Positions 38,718 to 49,845 of a stretch of DNA of 64,000 nucleotides are shown here, one piece after another (position 1 is the stretch's first letter; the number at the start of each line of letters is the position of its first letter). The translations under genes and the position numbers were made by a program. The stretch spans positions 1,152,001 through 1,216,000 of the forward strand of contig CAWBMP010000004.1 in the NCBI GenBank assembly GCA_963790025.1. The letters run 5' to 3'. The notes under the pieces are model-generated. The model was not told where the DNA came from, ran no database searches, and saw only the letters and a list, made by a program, of their open reading frames with translations. Source of the stretch: Nitrospirota bacterium. Its GTDB lineage: Bacteria; Nitrospirota; Thermodesulfovibrionia; Thermodesulfovibrionales; Dissulfurispiraceae.

Positions 38718-41006
38718 GTGAAAGATGCTCAACTGAGTTTCGGACTAAGGTCTTTGATAAAGCATACTTGTCTGATTTTAACTCTTATTTTAGTGTTCTG
38801 CCATGCGTTCCCCGGACCGTCCTATTCAGATGAACCTGTCGTTACAGCCATAGAAGTAAAGGGCGTAAAACGTATTGAAGAGGGTTCGGTAAAAGCAAAA
38901 ATATCCCAGAAAATCAGTGAACCTCTGTCTAATGAAAAAACATCAGAGGATATAAAAGCCATTTATAAAATGGGCTACTTCGATGATGTGAAAGTTGATA
39001 TAGAGCCATTTGAGGGCGGCCTGAAGGTGACCTATGTGGTTAAAGAGAAGCCGACTATCATCAAGATAGACTTCCAGGGGAATACGGAATTCAAGGATGA
39101 TAAGCTGAAGGAAAAGATTACACTTACCGCCGGGGCAATATCCGACATAACACTTGTCAACGAGAACGCGCTTAAACTAAGGTATTTTTACGAGGATGAG
39201 GGTTACTATTTGGCCCACATTGTCCCTGTTTTAAGAAAGGCCGGTGCAGGAGAAGTGGCGCTGACCTACCAGATCGATGAGGGGCAAAAGGTCAAGATCA
39301 AAGAGATCAGGATCGAAGGCAATAAGGTCCTTTCGTCCGGAAAAATCAAAGGGGCAATGAAGACTAAAGAGAGAGGGATATTGTCCTTTATCCTTGGCAC
39401 CGGATACTACAAAAAAGAAGAGATGAGGGCAGATATAGAACGCATAAGAGACCTTTATTATAACAACGGCTATATTAAGGTCACTGTCGCCGAGCCGGTT
39501 TTACAAGTCACTGATGACAAAAAAGGGATGAAAATTTTCATACGTGTTTCCGAAGGAGATCAGTTCAAAGTGTCTTCTGTCGAAATTGAAGGCAACAAGG
39601 TATACAAGGAAGCTGAATTGAGAAAGCTGATCAACCTCGCCCCTAATAAAGTATTCGATAAATCCGTGCTTACAAAAGATGTAACAGCGCTAAACGACAA
39701 ATACGCGAACACCGGCTATGCGCTTGTTTCGGCATTCCCCGATCTTATTCCTGATGAGGAAAAGAAAACAGTAAGAGTTATTTATAGAATTAACGAGGGC
39801 GACAAATACACAGTCGGTAAAATCTCCATATCAGGCAACACCAAAACGAGAGACAAAGTAATACGCAGAGAAATCAAACTTGATGAGGGCGATACATTCG
39901 ATGCCTCTGCTTTGAAAAGAAGCTATGAACGTCTGAATAACCTCCAGTTTTTCGAAACGGTCGACATGTCTCCAAAACCGCGGCATGATGAGAAAATAGT
40001 AGACCTTGACGTAAATGTAAAAGAGAAATCGACCAGCTCTTTGAGCGTTGGCGGAGGTTACAGCTCTATTGACGGGCCTGTTGCCACGGCCAGTGTTACA
40101 ACAGGCAACCTGTTCGGCAGGGGGCAATATTTGAAACTGATGGGAGAACTTGGCGGCTCAAGTTCTTTTTATGAACTCTCTTTCAGGGAGCCGTGGTTTC
40201 TGGATAAACCCCTGGCATTGGGCGTTAGCCTTTATAAAACTTACCGCCAGTATGGAGATTACGACGCCAAAATCACCGGCGGTAGTGTGTTTTTGACCAA
40301 AAGCTTCTGGGAATACTGGGCAGCGTCAATAGCATACACTTTGGAGCAGGCAAACATTTACGACATCCAGTCGGATGCCTCATCTATCGTAACAGATCAG
40401 GCGGGGGTGCGCTTGACCAGCTCCATCAGCCCTTCACTAGTGAGGGACACCAGGGACAACTATTTAGACCCTTCAAAGGGCTCCCGTAATTCAATCGGCG
40501 TCACATTTGCCGGGTTAGGAGGAGACAATAAATTCTTAAAGGGACTTGCCGACTCTGCCTGGTATTTTCCCGTTGTCGGTCCTACAACTTTCATGGTAAG
40601 GGGCAGAATAGGATTAGCAACAGGTATGTTCGGCAAAGAACTGCCCTTATACCAGCGGTTTTATATCGGAGATATTAATACCGTCCGCGGCATCAACTAT
40701 GGGGATGCGGGCCCAAAGGATGTTAACGGGCAGCCGATCGGAGGCTTAAAAGAACTTATATTCAATAGCGAGTATATTTTCCCTATTGTCGCTGAATATA
40801 AGTTCAAAGGGGTTGTCTTTTTCGATGCGGGCAGGGCATATGATACAGGTGAAACTTTAGGCAGTGATCTCAGGTACACTACCGGTGCCGGTATTAGATG
40901 GATTTCTCCCATGGGTCCGATAAGGGTCGAGTGGGGCTATAATCTTAACAAGAAGCCTGGTGAGGCATCAAGCAAGGTTGGATTTACATTTGGTTCGTCT
41001 TTTTAA
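38718..41006 (+). CDS. bamA: Outer membrane protein assembly factor BamA
   Basis: POTRA repeats (GYF, GNTKTRDKVIRRE), VRG motif, ISPMGP, terminal Phe. Confidence 0.95.
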   Translation: MKDAQLSFGLRSLIKHTCLILTLILVFCHAFPGPSYSDEPVVTAIEVKGVKRIEEGSVKAKISQKISEPLSNEKTSEDIKAIYKMGYFDDVKVDIEPFEGGLKVTYVVKEKPTIIKIDFQGNTEFKDDKLKEKITLTAGAISDITLVNENALKLRYFYEDEGYYLAHIVPVLRKAGAGEVALTYQIDEGQKVKIKEIRIEGNKVLSSGKIKGAMKTKERGILSFILGTGYYKKEEMRADIERIRDLYYNNGYIKVTVAEPVLQVTDDKKGMKIFIRVSEGDQFKVSSVEIEGNKVYKEAELRKLINLAPNKVFDKSVLTKDVTALNDKYANTGYALVSAFPDLIPDEEKKTVRVIYRINEGDKYTVGKISISGNTKTRDKVIRREIKLDEGDTFDASALKRSYERLNNLQFFETVDMSPKPRHDEKIVDLDVNVKEKSTSSLSVGGGYSSIDGPVATASVTTGNLFGRGQYLKLMGELGGSSSFYELSFREPWFLDKPLALGVSLYKTYRQYGDYDAKITGGSVFLTKSFWEYWAASIAYTLEQANIYDIQSDASSIVTDQAGVRLTSSISPSLVRDTRDNYLDPSKGSRNSIGVTFAGLGGDNKFLKGLADSAWYFPVVGPTTFMVRGRIGLATGMFGKELPLYQRFYIGDINTVRGINYGDAGPKDVNGQPIGGLKELIFNSEYIFPIVAEYKFKGVVFFDAGRAYDTGETLGSDLRYTTGAGIRWISPMGPIRVEWGYNLNKKPGEASSKVGFTFGSSF

Positions 41007-41072
41007 ATAAAAAATCGGCTAAGGGCTAAAGGCCACCACTAGCCTTTCGCCTTAATACATTTGGAGGGGTAG

Positions 41073-41615
41073 ATGAGAAAAATTCTTTCAGTAATGATTG
41101 TTGGATTTGTGATACTTGTCAGCGGTTCACTGTCTACCGTTCATGCGGCCGAATTGAAAATAGGTTTTTGCGACATGGACAGAGCTGCAAACGAGTCCGA
41201 AGAGGGTAAAAAAGCGGTGCTCGGACTAAAGAATTTTATGTCTTCAAGGCAGACCTCACTGCAGGAAAAAGGCAAGGCAATCGATAAGATGAAAAGCGAT
41301 CTTGACAAACAGGGAGCCATCATGTCTCCTGACGCTAAGAAATCAAAAATGGAAGAATTAGAGCGTTCGGAAAGAGAATTCCAGAGGATGGTGTCCGATG
41401 CTAATTTAGAGTTTGAGAAAAAAAGGAGAGAGTTGACGGAATCTGTATATAAAGAAATAGTTGAAATAGTCGATAAATACGGACTGGAGCAGAAATACTC
41501 CGTTATTCTGCCGATTCAATCGTTGCTTTATGCAGATAAGCCTCTTGATATTACTGAAATTATCATCCAGAAATATAACGAAAAGAAGGGCGTGAAACCG
41601 ACTCCTGCGAAGTAG
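41073..41615 (+). CDS. skp: Periplasmic chaperone Skp/OmpH
   Basis: Signal peptide, KIGFCD, coiled coil, LLYA...DIT; between bamA and lpxD. Confidence 0.9.
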   Translation: MRKILSVMIVGFVILVSGSLSTVHAAELKIGFCDMDRAANESEEGKKAVLGLKNFMSSRQTSLQEKGKAIDKMKSDLDKQGAIMSPDAKKSKMEELERSEREFQRMVSDANLEFEKKRRELTESVYKEIVEIVDKYGLEQKYSVILPIQSLLYADKPLDITEIIIQKYNEKKGVKPTPAK

Positions 41616-41656
41616 GCGTTCTTCGCCGGGATTCGGAAGCAGTGCATTGAGAAAAA

Positions 41657-42673
41657 ATGAAATTACGAGAGCTTGCCGAACTGCTTGATGGGGAGGTCCA
41701 GGGTGACGGGGAAATTGAAATAACTGGCGCCGCAGGTATTTCCGATGCCCGGGCGGGAGATATTACTTTCCTTTCAGTCATGAAACTAAGGAAAGAGCTT
41801 GGGGAAAGCTGTGCAGCAGCCGTGCTGGTTAAGGACTTTGACCACGAAATAGGGAAGCCGCAGGTAAAGACAAAAAATCCGCACTATGCCTTCGCAAAGC
41901 TTCTCAGCCATTTTTACGGCAAGCGCATACAATATAGAGGTATCAGTAAAAATGCGTTTGTCTCGGAAGACGCCGAAATTGCCCGGAATGTGACTATTTA
42001 TGATTTCGCCTATATTTCCGGCAGAGTAAAAATCGGCCCGGGGACAGTAATTTTTCCCGGAGTATTTATAGGTGAAGAATGCAGTATGGGCGAGGACTGC
42101 ACCATCTATCCAAACGTTAATATAATGGATAAAACCCTTATAGGCAACAGGGTGATCATTCATCCCAATGCTGTTATAGGCTCCGACGGATTTGGCTACG
42201 TTTTTGAGGAAGGAAGACATAACAAGATACCCCAGGTCGGCAATGTCCGCATAGAAGATGACGTAGAGATCGGCGCTGGAGTCGCTATTGACAGGGCAAC
42301 GACCGGCTCTACTGTTATAGGGAAAGGGACCAAGATTGACAACCTCGTGCAGATCGGGCATAACGTGCAAGTCGGCAGCAATGCTATATTAGTGGCCCAG
42401 ATTGGAATAGGAGGGAGTTCCCTCATAGGCGATGGCGTTGTACTGGGGGGACAGGTAGGGGTTGCAGATCATGCAGTCATTGAAGCGGGAACAATGGTAG
42501 CTGCGAGATCTGGTGTTATGGGGGAGGTCAAACGCGGCGTCTATGCAGGAGTGCCCATGATACCGCATAAGGAGTGGCTTAAGGCCTCAGCACTGTTTGC
42601 CAGGTTACCGGAGCTGAAAAAAAGAATCGAAGAACTTGAAAAAAAGCTGGCCCATTTGAAAGAAAGTAAATAG
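41657..42673 (+). CDS. lpxD: UDP-3-O-acylglucosamine N-acyltransferase
   Basis: Hexapeptide repeats, [20 protein letters not shown]. Confidence 0.96.
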   Translation: MKLRELAELLDGEVQGDGEIEITGAAGISDARAGDITFLSVMKLRKELGESCAAAVLVKDFDHEIGKPQVKTKNPHYAFAKLLSHFYGKRIQYRGISKNAFVSEDAEIARNVTIYDFAYISGRVKIGPGTVIFPGVFIGEECSMGEDCTIYPNVNIMDKTLIGNRVIIHPNAVIGSDGFGYVFEEGRHNKIPQVGNVRIEDDVEIGAGVAIDRATTGSTVIGKGTKIDNLVQIGHNVQVGSNAILVAQIGIGGSSLIGDGVVLGGQVGVADHAVIEAGTMVAARSGVMGEVKRGVYAGVPMIPHKEWLKASALFARLPELKKRIEELEKKLAHLKESK

Positions 42674-42750
42674 TGTCAGTGATTGGTGCCAGTTAAGTCC
42701 CCTATTTTACTGATACTCAAAACTGACATTGACACTGAAATGGAGGAGAA

Positions 42751-43182
42751 ATGATTGACATTAAGGAAATTTTATCTATTCTTCCGCATCGCTATCCTTT
42801 TTTGATGGTTGACAGTGTAATAGAACTTGACCCCGATGTCAAGGCAGTCGGGATAAAAAACGTTACAATAAACGAGCCCTGCTTCCAGGGACATTTCCCC
42901 AATAATCCTGTAATGCCCGGCGTGCTCATTGTTGAGGCAATGGCGCAGGTGGCCGGCATACTTGCCTTCAGATCAGGCATACAGGGAAAGACAGTATATT
43001 TTATGAGTATGGAGAAGGTTAAGTTCAGGAAGATTGTTATGCCGGGCGACCAACTCAGGCTTGAAGTCCATGTCACGCACAAAAGAGGCAATGTCTGGAA
43101 ATTTTCAGGCAACGCGTTTGTCGGAGACAAGTTGTCAGCAGAGGCCGAGTTTACCGCCATGGTTTCCGATAAAGATATTTAG
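42751..43182 (+). CDS. fabZ: 3-hydroxyacyl-ACP dehydratase
   Basis: LPHRYPFLMVD, FQGHFP..PVMPGVLIVEAMAQ. Confidence 0.97.
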   Translation: MIDIKEILSILPHRYPFLMVDSVIELDPDVKAVGIKNVTINEPCFQGHFPNNPVMPGVLIVEAMAQVAGILAFRSGIQGKTVYFMSMEKVKFRKIVMPGDQLRLEVHVTHKRGNVWKFSGNAFVGDKLSAEAEFTAMVSDKDI

Positions 43183-43190
43183 GAGGATTA

Positions 43191-43970
43191 ATGCCAGGAC
43201 AAATTCATAAAACAGCAATTGTTAGCCCTAAAGCCGAGATTGCCGAGACAGTTTCTGTCGGTCCTTTTTGTATGGTAGGTGAAGACGTAATAATCAAAAA
43301 GGGTTCGAAGCTTATTTCAAATGTGATTATCGAAGGGAACACCGAAATCGGTGAGCACTGCACCATTTACCCTTTTGCCGCAATCGGTTTGCCGCCTCAG
43401 GACCTTAAATACAAAGGCGAAAAAACCGGTGTCAAAATCGGCAAGCGAAACATAATCAGGGAATACACGTCAATACACAGGGCATCCGTTGGTGGCGATC
43501 GAGTGACCGAGATTGGAGATGCAAACTTCATTATGGCCTATGTCCATATAGCACATGATTGCAAAATAGGCTCCTCCATTGCAATGGCCAATGCCGCTAC
43601 CCTGGCAGGTCATGTCGTTGTAGAGGATTTTGCATTCATTGGGGGAGTTGTAGCCATACACCAGCATACCCGCATAGGCGCATATTCCATGGTCGGGGGG
43701 TTCAGTGGAATAGGGCAGGATATCCCTCCATACACAATGGCTTCCGGAGCGCGTGCAAAACTTTATGGACTGAATGTTATAGGATTAAAGAGACACGGTT
43801 TTTCAGACGAGGCAATTGCCAATCTTAAGAAGGCCTATAAGATCCTGTTCAGAGAGAAGCGGACTTTAAAAGATGCTTTAAAAAAGATTCAATCCGAGCT
43901 TTCCGGAGCAGCAGAGGTCGATAGGCTCGTGGAGTTTATCGAGAAAAATAAAAGAGGCATATGCAGATAG
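43191..43970 (+). CDS. lpxA: Acyl-ACP--UDP-GlcNAc O-acyltransferase
   Basis: PQDLKY, HIAHDC, LAGHV, GLNVIGLKR. Confidence 0.97.
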   Translation: MPGQIHKTAIVSPKAEIAETVSVGPFCMVGEDVIIKKGSKLISNVIIEGNTEIGEHCTIYPFAAIGLPPQDLKYKGEKTGVKIGKRNIIREYTSIHRASVGGDRVTEIGDANFIMAYVHIAHDCKIGSSIAMANAATLAGHVVVEDFAFIGGVVAIHQHTRIGAYSMVGGFSGIGQDIPPYTMASGARAKLYGLNVIGLKRHGFSDEAIANLKKAYKILFREKRTLKDALKKIQSELSGAAEVDRLVEFIEKNKRGICR

Positions 43971-44779
43971 GTATTATTGCCGGGACCGGTGAACTCCCTG
44001 AACTTATCGCAAGAGATGCTAAAGACCGTGGCTACAAAGTTATTACTATAGCACTGGAGAATCTTGCGTCTTCAGTGCTGAATGATATTTCTGATGAGAT
44101 CAAATGGATTAACGTCGGCAAATTGGGCGCTCTGATAGATGCCCTGAAAGATTCCGGGGTCAGCGAGGCCATTATGGCGGGGAAGGTCCCCAAGTCACTT
44201 CTTTACAAATCTAAAATCTCCCCTGATTTGCGTGCCGTCAAACTTCTCTTTTCCCTTAAGGACACCAGCGACGATTCCATCCTTAACGCGCTTGCGAAAG
44301 AGCTGGCAAAAGAGGGAATTAACATAATTGACACCGCAGCCTTCAGTTCGCACCTTCTAACACCGGCAGGGGTCTTGACCAGAGTTGCCCCTTCAAAAGA
44401 GGAATGGGCCGAAATCGAGTTCGGATTTAGAATTGCAAAAGCTATCGGTGAGCTGGATATCGGCCAGACCGTTGTTGTAAAAGGAAAGGCAGTAATGTCA
44501 GTGGAGGCTATCGAGGGCACCGATGAGGCGATACTCAGAGGAGGGAAATTGGCGGGTGGTGGGGCGGTAGTGGTTAAAGTCAGCAAACCCCAGCAGGACA
44601 TGAGACTCGACGTCCCAGTCATCGGTCCAACCACCCTGCAATCGATGATTGACGTCGAGGCCCGGGTACTTGCCATAGAAGCGAAAAGAAGTATAATTAT
44701 ACATAGGGGCAAATTAATCAGGGAGGCGGAGGAATCGGGCATATCAATTGTCGGATTGCCGCCGCAAAAGATAGAGTGA
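43961..44779 (+). CDS. lpxI: UDP-2,3-diacylglucosamine diphosphatase LpxI
   Basis: IIAG.G.LP, LDIGQTVVV, EAIEGTD, KPQQDMRLDVP. Confidence 0.92.
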   Translation: MQIGIIAGTGELPELIARDAKDRGYKVITIALENLASSVLNDISDEIKWINVGKLGALIDALKDSGVSEAIMAGKVPKSLLYKSKISPDLRAVKLLFSLKDTSDDSILNALAKELAKEGINIIDTAAFSSHLLTPAGVLTRVAPSKEEWAEIEFGFRIAKAIGELDIGQTVVVKGKAVMSVEAIEGTDEAILRGGKLAGGGAVVVKVSKPQQDMRLDVPVIGPTTLQSMIDVEARVLAIEAKRSIIIHRGKLIREAEESGISIVGLPPQKIE

Positions 44780-45780
44780 CACATATCGCCGCCATTAGAG
44801 CTGGCATGCATACGGTCAATAAAAACTGGCAGTTGATTTTTGTCCAGCTCATCACACTGGTTTTAAGCGGCTTGAGTTTTTTTATTATCGTGGGGCTGCC
44901 CATAGCCATCGCCTTCATCATGTTCGGGCTTGACCTCACGGAAATACTGCGCCTTAAAGATCTGGTAAGCGTATTTCAGGGATCTGCAGAGCTGCTGGAC
45001 AAATACTTTGCCATGGCACTGATCATACTCTTCAGTCTTCTTGTTTATCTGGCGTTTATCCTTGCAGTATGGGTCTACTCTATGGGTGGAATAATAGGGA
45101 TACTTGCCAAATCAATCCTGAACGAAATCGACAAATTCAGTCTGAAAATATTTTTCTCCGAAGGAAGACGTCTCTTTTTCGCTTTGTCGGTCTTTTCATC
45201 CATTATCGGCATCATATTCCTCATTATTGCCTTCTTCCTCGGCATTTTAGTCGGTGGCGCGTCAACGGTCATTGATCATGCAAAGAGCTACGAGGCAACG
45301 TTCGGGCTATTTATCAGTTTTTTCCTCTCGATGGTACTCATGTCCATCGGGATGGTCCTGATTCTGCTCACGCTCTCGGAAACAACATACGGGGTCGCTA
45401 ACCTTGCCTTTCACCATGCCGGGTCCATAGCCGCAATAAAAGATACGGCAATCTATCTTTATTCAAGGCCGGCTGCGATCGGCTTTTACACTGTTCTTCT
45501 GCTCGGATATATGGCAATCGGCTTCATAGTCGTCCTGATCGGCGCCCCCCTGACTTTTGTTCCGGTTATCGGACCCTTGCTTTCGCTCCCCTATCAATTG
45601 CTCACTTACATGTTTCAGGGGTATTTAAGCCTTATTATGCTTGCCTCTATATTCCATTATTACAAGGGCGATGTTCCCTCAGTACACCGGCTGTCCACAG
45701 AGGGTCCTGATATTTTTCAAGACAAAGAATATGCGCCAGCTCCTCCTCCCGATCAGACAGCGGGGCCTGAAGCAAGCTGA
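44776..45780 (+). CDS. Hypothetical multi-pass membrane protein
   Basis: About 6 hydrophobic segments; coupled to lpxI. Confidence 0.7.
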   Translation: MTHIAAIRAGMHTVNKNWQLIFVQLITLVLSGLSFFIIVGLPIAIAFIMFGLDLTEILRLKDLVSVFQGSAELLDKYFAMALIILFSLLVYLAFILAVWVYSMGGIIGILAKSILNEIDKFSLKIFFSEGRRLFFALSVFSSIIGIIFLIIAFFLGILVGGASTVIDHAKSYEATFGLFISFFLSMVLMSIGMVLILLTLSETTYGVANLAFHHAGSIAAIKDTAIYLYSRPAAIGFYTVLLLGYMAIGFIVVLIGAPLTFVPVIGPLLSLPYQLLTYMFQGYLSLIMLASIFHYYKGDVPSVHRLSTEGPDIFQDKEYAPAPPPDQTAGPEAS

Positions 45781-46459
45781 CACCGAACAGGATTTCGAAA
45801 GATTTCACCAGATGTTTCTTGAACGCCTCCTGGTCGAAATCATAAAGCAGGTCATTTAATCCCGCGGAACCGGCAGAAGGCGCAATATTTTTAAACACCA
45901 AGGTAAGTGCTGCGTGATCTATTGTTAACGGTATCGAGCCCTGCTGTAAAAAGCCTTCACCCCATCGTTTCTGAGCCGAGCCGATAAGTTTTTTCCCGTC
46001 AATGGTCAACTCCCCATAAGATGTGGATTCAAAGCAGAGCGGGTTTTTTGCAAGGTGCATTCCCTTCTCCCGCTCGACTTTCATCTTAACGGGAAGTCCC
46101 ATTTTTTCCAGCCCCAGCGAAAACGCACTGCTTATATGCCTGTAAGACCCAAGAAGCCCCTGAGAGAACAGGCCCTCGTTTTTTGCAGAAAAACTATACG
46201 TAAGCTCCTCTCCATGGAGAATACCCCTTCCACCTGTCGGTCTTCTTATAACCGGCACATCATGCGCAGCACAATAGCGGGTATCGATATCGGTGATCTT
46301 CTGAAATGCGCCGATACTGACGGACGGCCGCCGCCAGCAGTAAAGACGCAGGGTTGGAGGCGAGTCGCCATTCCGGACTGCAGCAGAAATGGCCTCGTCG
46401 AGGGCCATATTATACGCTGCATCACAGGGTCCGGAATCTATATATCGCCAAGTGGTCAT
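45647..46459 (-). CDS. Lipoate--protein ligase A / LipM family protein
   Basis: NMALDEA, LRLY.W, RRPTGGRGILH, GKKLIGSAQ. Confidence 0.9.
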   Translation of the reverse strand: MTTWRYIDSGPCDAAYNMALDEAISAAVRNGDSPPTLRLYCWRRPSVSIGAFQKITDIDTRYCAAHDVPVIRRPTGGRGILHGEELTYSFSAKNEGLFSQGLLGSYRHISSAFSLGLEKMGLPVKMKVEREKGMHLAKNPLCFESTSYGELTIDGKKLIGSAQKRWGEGFLQQGSIPLTIDHAALTLVFKNIAPSAGSAGLNDLLYDFDQEAFKKHLVKSFEILFGVSLLQAPLSDREEELAHILCLEKYQDPLWTAGVLREHRPCNNGI

Positions 46460-46494
46460 ATTCAGAATTCAAATAGGTTGCAAATGCAATGAGT

Positions 46495-46630
46495 GTAATG
46501 AAGGATATATCCTCGCTACAGGCACAAAATTCAGCCCTTCGGGCTAAGGTTTCGCTCCTGCTACACGCTTACTCGCCTAGAACTGCTACCAAGACTCCAC
46601 GATTCGCTCCAGAGATAAATCCTTAATTAC
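46495..46630. repeat. Possible MITE/REP-like element with 17-bp imperfect terminal inverted repeats
   Basis: GTAATGAAGGATATATC (46495-46511) vs GATAAATCCTTAATTAC (46614-46630), 15/17 match; internal AGCCC-TTC-GGGCT hairpin. Confidence 0.5.
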
Positions 46631-46655
46631 CCCGGCCGGACTGCAGATTTTATCT

Positions 46656-47843
46656 TCATTCAAAATCCGCATAGATCTCGCTGAACTTGATCCCGGCAAC
46701 GACTTTCTTATGATACTTGGCATGGAGTATACTATGCCCTTCTTTAAGCTCGTTGGATTTGATACCGTTTTCCAAGGCGAGGAATGTTTCTATAAACGCT
46801 GCAAGGTCATCAGTTGCCTTGATTAGTTCTCCGTCCCTGGGATTATACTCGTCCCTATTGAATTTGCGAGTTATCTCTTCGGACGCCGTGTTTTGATACC
46901 GTCCGTTTATCTCGACTATGCTCGAAAATTCATTCTCCGTAAACATCTTCATTTCCCGATGCCATAACTGGGGAATCAGAGCGTACACTTCTTTTTCCAT
47001 CTGTTCTTTCTCATATTCTTTAATAAGTTCTTCCAGTCCGCCGACGGACCTCTTTACCGGAGAAATTATATCACGGGTCAGCACCTCCGGCAGATCATGA
47101 AAAAGACCCGTGAAATAATTATTGATACAACGCCTATTGCAAGCCCGTATCCCAAGAGAGAACAAGTATGACAGCACTGCCACGATAAGCATATGCCCGA
47201 GCACAGATGTCTTAGGCACCCTGTGGATATGGCTCCACCTCAGTTGAAACCTCAATTGCCCGCACAAATCGATAAAATTTCTGAATTTTGCATAAAGAGC
47301 TAACTGCTGTATGCCTTTTAAGTCATAATATTTTTCCTGCTCGCTCCTCAGACTGCTCTTAATCTGCGGTATCTCAAACCCTTCGGGATTAGCGCGCTCT
47401 ATAATGTCAAATTCCCATTTTGTTGCATAAAAGTGGGCTGCTCTTAAAATCTTTCTGTTAAGCGTATCATCAGTATTTGCAAAGTAGTCCCTGAATTTAC
47501 AGCAAAAGTCCTCTCCCAACGGCGATATTACAGGCTGCAGCTTTTCATATACCCAGTCATTCATTTCGCGATATTTAACATTATCTTCTTTTATCTTATA
47601 AAAAATCTGCGGCTTCAGATCGGTAAGAACAAGACGTTGCAGAAATTCGAAAATACCTCCCTCAATTATTTCAATCCAATCGAACTCCGGCCGGTCTTCC
47701 TCGAATTTCCCCAAAAAAAACGCCACAATCATTTTGTGGGCCTGCTTGTCAAGTTCCCTCAACTCCACTGGGCGTATTTTATCGTTCCAGCGCTGCATAT
47801 TTGCAGCATCAAAAATCTTGAGCACCAGGGGTTTTCTGATCAC
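46656..47843 (-). CDS. HD-domain phosphohydrolase (tandem HD-like domains)
   Basis: MQRWND..LDKQAH, SVLGH, LFHDLPE..TRDIISPVK, D.LAAF. Confidence 0.85.
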   Translation of the reverse strand: MIRKPLVLKIFDAANMQRWNDKIRPVELRELDKQAHKMIVAFFLGKFEEDRPEFDWIEIIEGGIFEFLQRLVLTDLKPQIFYKIKEDNVKYREMNDWVYEKLQPVISPLGEDFCCKFRDYFANTDDTLNRKILRAAHFYATKWEFDIIERANPEGFEIPQIKSSLRSEQEKYYDLKGIQQLALYAKFRNFIDLCGQLRFQLRWSHIHRVPKTSVLGHMLIVAVLSYLFSLGIRACNRRCINNYFTGLFHDLPEVLTRDIISPVKRSVGGLEELIKEYEKEQMEKEVYALIPQLWHREMKMFTENEFSSIVEINGRYQNTASEEITRKFNRDEYNPRDGELIKATDDLAAFIETFLALENGIKSNELKEGHSILHAKYHKKVVAGIKFSEIYADFE

Positions 47844-48031
47844 TTTTTTTCTTCGAGAAGTATCTTATGCCTGAGCAGCGATATTTCTTTTAAGTGGCCC
47901 TCAAATGTCTTCTGCTCACCGAAAAGGTTCCTGAGAAAAATAGTGCCGCCCTCGGGGATCAGGACATCTACGTTTTCAAGGTATAGGTCCTCTTTTCCAT
48001 CTTTATAAATATATGCATTGGCTTCACACAT
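47840..48031 (-). CDS. CooT-family nickel-binding protein
   Basis: MCEANAY...E...L.NLFGEQK...HKI, the CooT pattern. Confidence 0.82.
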   Translation of the reverse strand: MCEANAYIYKDGKEDLYLENVDVLIPEGGTIFLRNLFGEQKTFEGHLKEISLLRHKILLEEKK

Positions 48032-48440
48032 GCACAACCTCCTTTATGCGTTCAATCAGTTTTTCTATCAAATGAGGCAGAGGTTCTTTTGCCGTGCCTA
48101 AAACCTCGACGTCCTCCTGGTTCAAAGGGAGCAGTATTTTTTTGGCTGGGGAGGAAGCGATTGCCTCCGCCACCTTTGGGGTGAGCTCACCCATCATGCC
48201 ATTTGCCATCATGATACTTAGAGGTCCGGTTATGATATCAACTCTGCGGGAATTCCATCTTATAGCATTTTCTCCGGTAGCGCCCTTGTTAGCACGCGAC
48301 TTCATCATTGCTGTAGTGGCGGTGGAGTTAGTACCGAGTGCTATGATTTCTATTCTATCTCCCAGTTCTTCTTTTAATCGCTTGATTATAAGGCCCCCGA
48401 TGCCCCCGCCCTGCCCGTCTACTACCGCTATTCTTGTCAT
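48024..48440 (-). CDS. DUF3842-family protein
   Basis: IAVVDGQGGGIG, ALGTNS.AT..M, GATGENAI, MGELTP. Confidence 0.85.
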   Translation of the reverse strand: MTRIAVVDGQGGGIGGLIIKRLKEELGDRIEIIALGTNSTATTAMMKSRANKGATGENAIRWNSRRVDIITGPLSIMMANGMMGELTPKVAEAIASSPAKKILLPLNQEDVEVLGTAKEPLPHLIEKLIERIKEVVHV

Positions 48441-48500
48441 ATTTTTAAGTATACCTTAATAAACAGGCTAAAAGCGAAGACGGTCAATCCTCTAACTTTT

Positions 48501-49769
<1,269 letters not shown>

Positions 49770-49845
49770 TTATCTCCTAACTTCATTTTTTTAGAAAATC
49801 CACGAATAAATAAGAAATCGTAATGATATAATAATATAACGCACT

